Source: Blastochloris sp.
GTDB lineage: Bacteria; Verrucomicrobiota; Verrucomicrobiia; Methylacidiphilales; JAAUTS01
DNA: 64,000 bases
Direction: 5' to 3'
NCBI GenBank assembly: GCA_034440395.1
Contig: JAWXBW010000009.1
Span: forward strand, 6,530-70,529
Shown: positions 33,109 to 42,020 of the stretch, one piece after another
How positions within the stretch are numbered: position 1 is the first letter of the stretch
How the letters are laid out: each line of letters starts with the position of its first letter
Notes under the pieces: generated by a model
Seen by the model: the letters and a program-made list of their open reading frames with translations, nothing else
Told to the model about the DNA's origin: nothing
The model's database searches: none
Program-made: the position numbers and the translations under genes

Positions 33109-33358
33109 CTTTTACTTATGCGGCTTGGAAGGCCTGAGGTCAAAGCATCACAATCTTTGCCTTCTTTTACCCTCGTCAATTCACCCATGTCATTCTTTGC
33201 CTTATACCCTACAAAGACGGCTTAGGAGGCATCATGGACGCTTCATTTTCGAAATCGGAAAACCTTGACCAAGGACTGGTAACTGGACTAGTATAAAAAA
33301 TATAGCAAGGCTGAAGCCTTTATTCTGCTACGCTGATATTACTAAACGAAAAGCTGTT

Positions 33359-33541
33359 ATGACCAAAACTCACACAGTCCAAAAGGAATACCCAAAACCA
33401 ACCGCGGGTTCAAAGATTGCCTATGACGCTCGCCATAAGTGCAATGGCCTGAGCGATTCAAAGAGATCTGAATTATTCAATAAGGGAATGGCTTTGATCT
33501 ATGGCGCAAACAGTAAGCAAGCGGCTCGCACTGGACACTAA
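33359..33541 (+). CDS. small putative antitoxin
   Basis: 60 aa; overlaps the downstream PIN gene by 41 bp. Confidence 0.6.
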   Translation: MTKTHTVQKEYPKPTAGSKIAYDARHKCNGLSDSKRSELFNKGMALIYGANSKQAARTGH

Positions 33542-34013
33542 TCTTCCGCTTGATCTTGCGGATGGCCTCCCTGTTGCCCATGACTTCCTAGAAGTCTGCT
33601 CAGAGCGTAAATACTCTTTGTGGCTCCCCCCTACTGCCGTTCAGGAATTGGCTTTACTGGCAGAAAATAAAACAGATCTAAAAAAGAAGGAGCTCTCACT
33701 TAAAGCCCTTTCAAACCTCCTTGCATGGAAAATTCAGCCATTCGATCTTGAGCCAGTTCAACATGGCTATGCTGAAAGATTTTCCCGTCTCCTGCGTGAC
33801 CGCTTGCTACTTCCCGAGCGTGAGGTTAACGACGGCTTGATTCTGGCCGAAACATCTTTGAAGGGATTGCCTATGTTGGTCACATCAGATTCCCACATCA
33901 TGGACATTGACCCTGCACAACTCTCCATAGCGTTTGCGGATAGAGGTCTCCATCCGGTGAATCCCATGCATCCAAGACCTTTCCTTAATGCTCTGAGGGG
34001 AACAGCTAAATAA
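33501..34013 (+). CDS. PIN-domain (VapC-like) ribonuclease
   Basis: ALDTN, VQEL, NDGLILAE, LVTSD acidic residues. Confidence 0.85.
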   Translation: MAQTVSKRLALDTNLPLDLADGLPVAHDFLEVCSERKYSLWLPPTAVQELALLAENKTDLKKKELSLKALSNLLAWKIQPFDLEPVQHGYAERFSRLLRDRLLLPEREVNDGLILAETSLKGLPMLVTSDSHIMDIDPAQLSIAFADRGLHPVNPMHPRPFLNALRGTAK

Positions 34014-34458
34014 GCTTTGCGCTCAACTCACCCCTCCGAAACGCCGTCAATAATGTCCCAAGGTATAGCCCAGCTGTTTTCACCTTGGGCGTGATTCAAA
34101 GTCGATCCTAGGGCATTCTGAGACAGCCTTCTAGCGAGCATGCCCACCTGTGCAAAGGCATCCTCTAGAATTTGAGGCATCGGCTGGCAAAGGCTCGTGA
34201 CCTTTTTCAATTCTCGGGCTTCGATCTTGCGGCGGTGGCGCATAAATATTTATGCCGGTTCGGCAAGCACTTTCCCACCTTGCCAAACAAGAGGACTGCA
34301 CGCGTATGTGAAACCTAGTGTGGAGAATTCCTTTTAGTTGCCGGATTGGCGACCCAGCTAGGACGAAGCTCCTGAGAATTGTCCAAGGTATTTGTAGTTA
34401 TTTTAAAAAAATCTACTTTTGTCATCAATTCGCCACATCAAGGATTCATCATTTTTTT

Positions 34459-34755
34459 ATGGAAAAGACTTTTGTTTTATTTGCTTTGATTCTCGCTCTC
34501 TCACCTTTACTCCTAACTGCTGACGTAGGTGAGGGCACAGCGACTAGCACTTTTCGCGGTATTATCACAGCTGTAGAAACGGAACGGGATTCCTTTACTG
34601 TTGAAAGTGCGGACAAACAAGTGAAGATGTTTGCCGTCACCCCCGAACGTAAAGGTTCTCTCGAAGTCGGAACAGAAGTGACCGTAGGTTACACCGAGAA
34701 CCAACAGTGGCCTTTACAGCCGACGTCCATTTCAGGCGGTTCTTCCTCCAGATAA
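34459..34755 (+). CDS. small secreted beta-rich hypothetical protein
   Basis: Signal peptide MEKTFVLFALILALSPLLLTA; OB-fold-like GIITAV...LEVGTEVTVGY. Confidence 0.65.
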   Translation: MEKTFVLFALILALSPLLLTADVGEGTATSTFRGIITAVETERDSFTVESADKQVKMFAVTPERKGSLEVGTEVTVGYTENQQWPLQPTSISGGSSSR

Positions 34756-34797
34756 GTTTTGTCTCAGTAGTGGGTGCTGCGCTTTGAACTTTTTGAC

Positions 34798-35538
34798 TCA
34801 CACAAAGTCTAAATTCGTCTGCACATGTTCTACAAAAATCCCTGCCTCTGCCACCTCCTGGGCAAAGCGTCGTAAGGCTTCTTTCTGAAAACCTCCCAAG
34901 TCATACCGAATCCACTGCTCTAAATACACCAACTCCTCCGCGTTTTTAGCTAGGCTTTTACGGTCATTGAGCCCCTTCATCGATAGACATCGAAAATGTT
35001 CCAATTCCTCTAAACTTAAATCTGATAAAGGCTGCACTGCCCACACGGCAAAAACAAAAGGTAAGCCAGTAAACGAACGCCACGCTGCACCTAAATCTGT
35101 AAGCTGCTTTTTCGGGAATTGCTGACGAAAATGTAAGGCTCTGTCACCAATGAGTAGTTGTGCATCAGCTTCCAACCCATCTTGCACCAGTGTAGGCTCA
35201 AGCTTCCAGTGCTTGCGTAACAGAATACGTAATAAGGTTACTGATGTTAACGAGGCCGCATCCACAGCTATAGATTGGATCTCTGATAGTGGCTTTTCAT
35301 GCACTAAGATCACACTGTAAACGGGTCCTTGGCAGCCGATAGCTACCTGGTCTAAGATAAGCACATCAGGCTCTAAGAAGCATTCCACGACGGGGATCAA
35401 GGCCAGATCAAAATCACCTCGACGAAAGGCTTGAGCCAATGGGGCAGGCTCAAGGAGCGTTATGTTGCCCCGCACATGGCGAACAAGTGGCTTAGCATTA
35501 AGATAAGGAACTGAGCCAATTCGTAAGATACGCTCCAT
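34798..35538 (-). CDS. mqnA: chorismate dehydratase (futalosine pathway)
   Basis: IGSVPYLNAKPL, SLTS, LLIGDRAL, DLGAAW..FTGLPFVFAVW. Confidence 0.92.
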   Translation of the reverse strand: MERILRIGSVPYLNAKPLVRHVRGNITLLEPAPLAQAFRRGDFDLALIPVVECFLEPDVLILDQVAIGCQGPVYSVILVHEKPLSEIQSIAVDAASLTSVTLLRILLRKHWKLEPTLVQDGLEADAQLLIGDRALHFRQQFPKKQLTDLGAAWRSFTGLPFVFAVWAVQPLSDLSLEELEHFRCLSMKGLNDRKSLAKNAEELVYLEQWIRYDLGGFQKEALRRFAQEVAEAGIFVEHVQTNLDFV

Positions 35539-35549
35539 ACAGTATACGC

Positions 35550-36647
35550 TTAACTAACTGGAGCGAGCTCAGGCCTGTAATCCTGATAAAAAGTATTGCG
35601 CTGCACCGCCACACGGCCTGCCTCACGAATGGCTTTTTCTAACTGTTGCCGTGTCATAGCGGTAGGCGTCGTGGCACCTGCCATGTGGAAAATCTTTTCC
35701 TCCGCTATCGTGCCATGTAAATCATCCACCCCGTAGCTTAAAGCTATCTGGGCTACAGCAAGACCCATGCTGATCCAATAAGCAGTCAGGTGATCGAAGT
35801 TATCCAAAAAAATTCGACAAAGTGCTAACATGCGCAATTCCTCTACCGCACCGATTCGTCGTAGGTGCGAAAGCTGATTATTCTCTGGCTCAAAAGCATA
35901 AGGAACTAGTGCCGTGAATCCACCAGTTTCATCCTGTAGCTCACGTAAACGTCTCAGATGATCTATGCGCTGTTCGATTGTTTCCACATGCCCGTACAGC
36001 ATGGTGCAGGTGCTACGTTCACCCATTTCATGCCAGATGCGGTGAACCTCTAACCACTCAGACGCCGATTCCTTACCACGACAAATTTGATCTCGCACCT
36101 CGGGATCAAAAATTTCTGCCCCACCTCCCGTCAACGCACTTAAGCCACTCGCACGTAATTCTTCTAATGTTTCACGGATCGATGCCTTACGTATGCGCTC
36201 GGCTAAGTGACGGATCTCGATGGCCGTAAATGCTTTAATCTTAAGCGATGCGTCCACGGCCTTTAAGCGTGAAATCATTTCAGTGTAGAATGAAAATGGT
36301 AAGGTCGGGTGTAAGCCCCCCACAATGTGAATTTCCGTAATGCCTTCCGCAATGGATTGATGCGCTGCCTCCACCATTTCATCAACGGAAAACTGAAAAG
36401 CATCTGGGTCTCTTTTCTTGCGAGCGAAGGAACAAAACTGACAATTAAGGATGCAAATGTTGGAGTAATTTAAATAACGATTGATTACGTAAGTGGCACG
36501 GTTCCCGTTCTTACGCTCACGCACTAAGTTCGCTAAAGCACCCAGCTCATGCAAAGAAGCATGACGATACAAGCAGAGTGCCTCCTCCGTGGAGATGCGT
36601 TGTTCTGACTCTACTTTATTGTGGATGAGCTGAAGAGATGCGTTCAT
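35550..36647 (-). CDS. mqnE: aminofutalosine synthase (radical SAM)
   Basis: CILNCQFC, HIVGGLHP, KAFTAIEI, GGGAEIF, EEKIFHMAGA. Confidence 0.9.
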   Translation of the reverse strand: MNASLQLIHNKVESEQRISTEEALCLYRHASLHELGALANLVRERKNGNRATYVINRYLNYSNICILNCQFCSFARKKRDPDAFQFSVDEMVEAAHQSIAEGITEIHIVGGLHPTLPFSFYTEMISRLKAVDASLKIKAFTAIEIRHLAERIRKASIRETLEELRASGLSALTGGGAEIFDPEVRDQICRGKESASEWLEVHRIWHEMGERSTCTMLYGHVETIEQRIDHLRRLRELQDETGGFTALVPYAFEPENNQLSHLRRIGAVEELRMLALCRIFLDNFDHLTAYWISMGLAVAQIALSYGVDDLHGTIAEEKIFHMAGATTPTAMTRQQLEKAIREAGRVAVQRNTFYQDYRPELAPVS

Positions 36648-37516
36648 TACCTAAGGAAAACATCTAAGCATACACCGATAAGGAGCACAACGCTAACGAA
36701 GGCATTCACGTGAAAGAAGGCCTTATTCAAGAGGTTAGGATTTCTACTAGTTGATAAGAGTTGTTCATAAACTAAGCCCGCACATACCAGCAACCATGCC
36801 ACGGTAAAGAACCAGCCTCCTCCGAATTGCCACCCGAAAACACCAAAAACGACAACTGAACAAATATGACACCATTGAGAAATCTTGAGTGCTACCTCGA
36901 CCCCAAATCTTGCGGGAATACTGTTCAGCCCCGCAGCTTGATCAAAATCAATGTCCATCGTAGCGTAAATAATATCAAAACCAGCTACCCACAAGAGCAC
37001 GGCCAAAGATAACAAGTAAGGCACGACGCTCCAGAGCTCACCCGTCACTGCCACCCACGCTCCCATGGGCGCCGCACTCAAGGCCAAGCCCAGAAATAAA
37101 TGCGAGTATGCGGTGAATCGTTTCGTAATCGAATAAAACGTGATCAAAGCCACCGCTACTGGACCCAGCACAACGCAAAGCATATTAAGCTGTAAAGTGC
37201 CGTAGGTAAAGAGGAGCAATGCAGCGACTGCTAGGGCTTGGGCACCAAACTTATCCATCAGACGATGCCGATTTTCAGTGCGTGGATTTTCTTGATCAAG
37301 GTTCCAATCCACTAAACGATTAAAGCACATAGCCAGCGTGCGTGCTGCTACCATGCAGACCAAAATCCAGAACACCGTCCCTATTGCTGGTAAACCCTTG
37401 GCTGCGACCACCATACTGATGAAGGCAAAAGGCAGGGCAAAAATCGTGTGTGAAAACTTAACGAATTCAAAGCCGTCACGAACTCTTTGCCCAAGTGTTA
37501 AAGCGAATGATGTCAC
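36647..37516 (-). CDS. ubiA: UbiA-family prenyltransferase (MqnP)
   Basis: KFSHTIFALPFA, NRLVD, NPRT, GFDIIYA. Confidence 0.92.
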   Translation of the reverse strand: MTSFALTLGQRVRDGFEFVKFSHTIFALPFAFISMVVAAKGLPAIGTVFWILVCMVAARTLAMCFNRLVDWNLDQENPRTENRHRLMDKFGAQALAVAALLLFTYGTLQLNMLCVVLGPVAVALITFYSITKRFTAYSHLFLGLALSAAPMGAWVAVTGELWSVVPYLLSLAVLLWVAGFDIIYATMDIDFDQAAGLNSIPARFGVEVALKISQWCHICSVVVFGVFGWQFGGGWFFTVAWLLVCAGLVYEQLLSTSRNPNLLNKAFFHVNAFVSVVLLIGVCLDVFLR

Positions 37517-37556
37517 AAGAATAAACGAGTTAGCGGAAGTTCACGCAGACATGGTT

Positions 37557-38129
37557 TCAAGAAGAAGATGACTCAGTTATGTGATCCTGCTTCCAACGTT
37601 TGACTAATTCATGCTCAACTTGAAGATGGTCTAACACACGGGCTACCACGGTGTCAGCCACATCTTGCACCGTCTGTGGGCGCCCATAAAATGAGGGAAT
37701 GGCAGGGATCACGGTAGCCCCTGCTTCCATTAACGTTACGATGTTGCGAGCCTGAATTAAATTCCAAGGAGTCTCCCGCGGCACTACGATGAACTTGCGT
37801 TTTTCCTTTAAAAACACATCTGCAGCTCGCGTGATAGTGCTATCCGAGTATCCATGGGCGATCCGACCTACTGTACCCATCGAGCAAGGCATCAGCACCA
37901 GTGCATCAAATTTTGCGGAACCACTGACGAAAGGTACTTGCATACTAGTATCTTGATACGTTTTAAAGCGTAGAGGCAACCGCAGGCCGTCTAGTTCACA
38001 CGTAGCTACTTCTTGAGCATGGGAGCTAAGTACGATATGCAAATCGTGTTCCGTAGGTTCGAGGCAATCGATCAGCCTTTGAGCATAGATTGAGCCGCTA
38101 GCTCCAGTGATGGCCAAGACGAATTTCAT
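37557..38129 (-). CDS. ubiX: flavin prenyltransferase UbiX
   Basis: ITGASG, PCSMGT, RAADVFLKE, PRETP. Confidence 0.95.
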   Translation of the reverse strand: MKFVLAITGASGSIYAQRLIDCLEPTEHDLHIVLSSHAQEVATCELDGLRLPLRFKTYQDTSMQVPFVSGSAKFDALVLMPCSMGTVGRIAHGYSDSTITRAADVFLKEKRKFIVVPRETPWNLIQARNIVTLMEAGATVIPAIPSFYGRPQTVQDVADTVVARVLDHLQVEHELVKRWKQDHITESSSS

Positions 38130-38146
38130 ATCTGCTCAGGCAACAT

Positions 38147-39244
38147 TTAAAACGTTCCTCGGATAGAAAGAGAAAGGCTTTGTTCGTCTTTTTGTCCGTG
38201 GTTCATTGCTTCAAGAATCGTTTTGTAACCCAGCTCTGCTCCAGCGGAGAACGTTTCCGAGAGTTTCATGGTGGGACCGAAAGTTAAGTTCAGGTGCGAC
38301 TCACCATTAACGGTGCCTGAGTTATTTTGAGTTTTTTCTGTATTGTGTAGATCACTCCTAAAATTTAGCATGAGATCTGACCAAAGCGAAAGCGTGGCCT
38401 GACTATAGATGGTGCTTTGCCTCTCTAAGCTCATATCTTGATCGATACTAATTTCTCTCAGGTTAACCCCAGAAGTCAGCAGCAAGCTGGGTTGCGGCTT
38501 CCAAGATAGACTCATCTCCACAGCTTCAGATTCAGAATATTTCCCGTAAGTAAACTGTTGCTCCTCTTGCCCAAATGAAGGACGTAGCTGTAAGTCGAGC
38601 ACGTTTGGAACTAAGGATTTACGTAAATTAACGGATGCCGTTTGTCGCTCCGTTTCCTGCCAAAGATCGTTACGTGCAGTCTCGTGAGAAAGCTCTGGCC
38701 TTAACGAAATCCCCAAAGGTAAAGAATACTCAAAACTAGCTACTTGCCTTAAAGCTTCGGACCCACGATCCTGATTATTCCTCTGCTCGGTCATGATCTC
38801 ATTGCTTAAGTTAAGTGCCAGAGAGCGATAGGGCTTAATCTGAAATGTGGTCACCTGACGTTGTTGAAATTTTTGGGTCTCCCTTTCTCTGAAGTCAGTC
38901 TCCCTCCAGATTCTTTCTTGATTAGCCCCAAAATAAATACCGTGAGAGAGCTTTGAATACGCACCCATTTTTAGATCCAAACCGAAACCTAATTGTTGGT
39001 TGATGTTTTGTTGGTATGGATCTCTTGGATCGTAAACACGCTGACTAATCTTGGTGGGATCAAGTTTAAACTGCAGCTCAACGTTTTCGACATTAACTAG
39101 AGAATGCTTACCAAATATCTCTGTATTTCTCTTTTCTTGGATCCATGACGAATCAGGCTCGGCAGCCATAAGAACATTCATCCCTAATCCTAGTGTAATA
39201 CTTAGGATTTTTAGTGATATGTTTAGTGCATGATCAAAATGCAT
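38147..39244 (-). CDS. putative outer-membrane beta-barrel protein
   Basis: Signal-like N-terminus; alternating hydrophobic strands; ends SLSIRGTF. Confidence 0.6.
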   Translation of the reverse strand: MHFDHALNISLKILSITLGLGMNVLMAAEPDSSWIQEKRNTEIFGKHSLVNVENVELQFKLDPTKISQRVYDPRDPYQQNINQQLGFGLDLKMGAYSKLSHGIYFGANQERIWRETDFRERETQKFQQRQVTTFQIKPYRSLALNLSNEIMTEQRNNQDRGSEALRQVASFEYSLPLGISLRPELSHETARNDLWQETERQTASVNLRKSLVPNVLDLQLRPSFGQEEQQFTYGKYSESEAVEMSLSWKPQPSLLLTSGVNLREISIDQDMSLERQSTIYSQATLSLWSDLMLNFRSDLHNTEKTQNNSGTVNGESHLNLTFGPTMKLSETFSAGAELGYKTILEAMNHGQKDEQSLSLSIRGTF

Positions 39245-39271
39245 ACGCCTCAGAACTAGCTTAAGTAATGA

Positions 39272-40732
39272 TCAATGTAAATGCCGAACACGCTCGATCA
39301 GTTCCTGAGAGTGTTTACACTGTTCTGGCCAGACCCTCGGATACCCCTCGCCCGCCAACTTCGTCGTCGCATCAATCCCCATGTGGGTGCCGATGTTGGC
39401 AACGTTTTGGGCATGGTCTAAGCTATCGCAAGGTCCTTTAGTGAAAATCGTGTCACGCTGAGGGTCTATATTCGAACAAAGATGAAATAAAACATCACTC
39501 GTGTTGTGTACGTTTACACTCGCATCCACTACCACGATTATTTTTGAAAACATCATCTGTCCCATACCCCAGAGACCATTCATGATTTTAAAAGCTTGAT
39601 ACGGATATTGCTTCTTTATGCTGACAAAAACTAGATTATGAAAAACACCTTCCGCAGGTAACGCTATATCCACGATCTCAGGGAAAGTCATCTTCAACAT
39701 AGGAAATAAAATCCGCACACTTGCACTACCAATATAAAAATCTTCCATTGGCGGCTTACCCACTACAGTTGCTGGATAGATCGCATCAGCTCGGTGTGTA
39801 ATGCATGTTACATGAAAAACAGGATACAAATCCTCTGGAGTATAAAATCCCGTATGATCTCCGAAAGGACCTTCACTTTTCAAATCTTCTTGCGGGTCAA
39901 CATAACCTTCGATCACAAAATCCGACTCTGCCGGAACCATGAGATCATTCGTTTCGCACTTAACCAGTTGAACAGATTTCTTCCGTAAAAAACCCGCCAA
40001 TAAAATCTCATCTAACCCATCTGGCAAAGGTGCCGTAGCTGCAAAAGTAAACACTGGATCGCCCCCTAAACAAACCGTGACAGGCATCCGCTCACCGCGC
40101 TCAATGTAACGCTTCCCATGCCGTGCAGCAACTTTATGAATCTGCCAGTGCATACCCGTGCTCCAACCGTCATAAACCTGCATACGATACATCCCTACAT
40201 TACGTTCACCTGTGTCAGGGTCTTGCGTGTAAACCGTGGGTAAGGTCACAAAAGGGCCGCCGTCTTTAGGCCAACATTTTAAAATCGGCAGATCCGCTAA
40301 ACCACGGCCTCCTTTTGCTGCGTGGTGGATACGTTCCTTACACGCACCTGTTTGAACCCTAGCGGGCCTCGCATGAATGACATCAATTCCTTGCCTTAAA
40401 AGTTCATAAGCATCACGAAGTGATTTAGGCGGCTTAGCCTTCATGAGAAAAGCTAACTGATCTGCGATGTCATCTAGGGAATTCACTTTGAGCGAAAGAC
40501 TCATGCGACGCTCACTGCCTAAAGCATTAACCAGAACAGGGAAAACAGATGTAGTGCCATCGCTAAGAATTGGTTTTTCAATCAGTAATGCCTTGCCTCC
40601 AGCAGGCTTTTTCATCTCTAAATCAGCTAAAGCAGAAATCTCTAAATCCACCGAAAGCGGTTGAGTGACACGAATCAGCTCACCCTCAGATTCTAAATTT
40701 TCAACAAAAGAACGTAACGAATCAAAAGCCAT
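39272..40732 (-). CDS. ubiD: UbiD-family decarboxylase (MqnL)
   Basis: WPKDGG, NVGMYRMQ, EGPFGDHTG, GKPPMED; start adjusted to MAFDS. Confidence 0.95.
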   Translation of the reverse strand: MAFDSLRSFVENLESEGELIRVTQPLSVDLEISALADLEMKKPAGGKALLIEKPILSDGTTSVFPVLVNALGSERRMSLSLKVNSLDDIADQLAFLMKAKPPKSLRDAYELLRQGIDVIHARPARVQTGACKERIHHAAKGGRGLADLPILKCWPKDGGPFVTLPTVYTQDPDTGERNVGMYRMQVYDGWSTGMHWQIHKVAARHGKRYIERGERMPVTVCLGGDPVFTFAATAPLPDGLDEILLAGFLRKKSVQLVKCETNDLMVPAESDFVIEGYVDPQEDLKSEGPFGDHTGFYTPEDLYPVFHVTCITHRADAIYPATVVGKPPMEDFYIGSASVRILFPMLKMTFPEIVDIALPAEGVFHNLVFVSIKKQYPYQAFKIMNGLWGMGQMMFSKIIVVVDASVNVHNTSDVLFHLCSNIDPQRDTIFTKGPCDSLDHAQNVANIGTHMGIDATTKLAGEGYPRVWPEQCKHSQELIERVRHLH

Positions 40733-40807
40733 AGAAATGAAACTACACAGCTTCCCCAATAATTCGAGTAGAAACCCTAAAGAGATTTTTGAGAAGATTT
40801 TAAAACA

Positions 40808-41214
40808 CGAAATTCACTAACCACACAAAAATAAGTAGGAGAAAAAAGGGCTTAGTTTCTGATGCCCTAATCCCCCCCTTTTCATGTTGTTTCCTCCAGA
40901 GGCGGGCAGGCGTGTTTTCCGTGGCAAATAATATCTGCCTTGTAGGTCTGCTCTAACAACCTGCTTTTATAGGAGAGCTTGAGTTCCTGCTGGGCGACAA
41001 AGGGAATGCCAAGAAGTCGCAGCTCTTTTTCGAGGCATTCCTGATAAACAGATTACAAAAAACCACAACCCATCTCACCATAGACCTCAAAGACTGCTCC
41101 TTGAATAGCATATACCTCATCTTTGTAGAGAAGCTTTTCCTGTGGTTCATGATTCATAAAAAGGAATAATTAGTGCTTTAGTTAATCCCCTTTTCGTGCG
41201 ATTGGTGTATTTCG
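40808..41214. repeat. 23-bp imperfect inverted repeat (40808-40830 / 41192-41214) enclosing the GxxExxY pseudogene
   Basis: CGAAATTCACTAACCACACAAAA vs reverse complement CGAAATACACCAATCGCACGAAA, 18/23 identical. Confidence 0.7.
40882..41157 (-). pseudogene. GxxExxY protein, nonsense-mutated and 3'-truncated
   Basis: MNHEPQEKLLYKDEVYAIQGAVFEVYGEMGCGFL*SVYQECLEKEL...YKADIIC; TAA at 41053-41055 in place of the motif Glu. Confidence 0.85.
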
Positions 41215-41237
41215 CGGTTACAAGTTCTGAGTTCCCA

Positions 41238-42020
41238 CTACTCAAACGGCAGCTCTATTTTACCGTTCCATGCTTTAATATGGAAGTGATGCTTTTCCGC
41301 TCGGGCTTTCATAACAACTTTTCCACCAGCTTCTTCAATCAAAAGCTTTCCCGCTGCCACATCCCAAATCTTAATCCCCTGCTCAATATAAACGTCCAAG
41401 CGCCCCGAGGCAATATACGCCATATCTAAAGCCGCAGAACCCATGGCTCTAAGCTTGCGGGCTTGGCGCGCATAGAATTGATAGAGCTCTAAACATTTAT
41501 CAATCGAATCAATATTTTTAGAAAAGCCCAGTGCCATAATAGCTTCCTCAATTCGCTCACGAGAGCTTACATGTATTGGCTTCCCGTTCAGCGTGGCTCC
41601 TGAGCCGAGACTGGCTGAAAAAAGTTCGTCTCGCATGGGATCATAAATTACTCCAACGAGAATCTGACCATCAAACTGACAGGCAATCGAAACACAAAAA
41701 TGGGGAATCCCGTAGGCTAAGTTCACCGTGCCATCAATCGGATCAACGATCCATTCGTAGCCCGTGCCATCACTCCCCTCACCACCCTCCTCACCTAATA
41801 AAGCATGATCAGGAAATGCACCTAAAAGTTTTTTAGTTAACAAATCCTGCGTATCCACATCCATCTGAATTTTTAGATCGTGGTGATGGGATTCATTAAC
41901 CACAATTTCATGTTGAATCGACTGGCGAATAAAGGCGCCACCGGCGCGGGCCGCTTCTTCTGCTACACTCAGGAGTTGGGATAGATTGTGCTTCATGGCA
42001 ATTGTTTCCTTTTTACTCAA
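41238..42020 (-). CDS. suhB: inositol monophosphatase
   Basis: GEE, WIVDPIDGT, GSAALD, WDVAAG. Confidence 0.93.
   Translation of the reverse strand: MSKKETIAMKHNLSQLLSVAEEAARAGGAFIRQSIQHEIVVNESHHHDLKIQMDVDTQDLLTKKLLGAFPDHALLGEEGGEGSDGTGYEWIVDPIDGTVNLAYGIPHFCVSIACQFDGQILVGVIYDPMRDELFSASLGSGATLNGKPIHVSSRERIEEAIMALGFSKNIDSIDKCLELYQFYARQARKLRAMGSAALDMAYIASGRLDVYIEQGIKIWDVAAGKLLIEEAGGKVVMKARAEKHHFHIKAWNGKIELPFE

Noticed and set aside
40953-41150. 65-aa ORF from the track
   Set aside because: Wrong frame; the overlapping frame encodes the GxxExxY pseudogene
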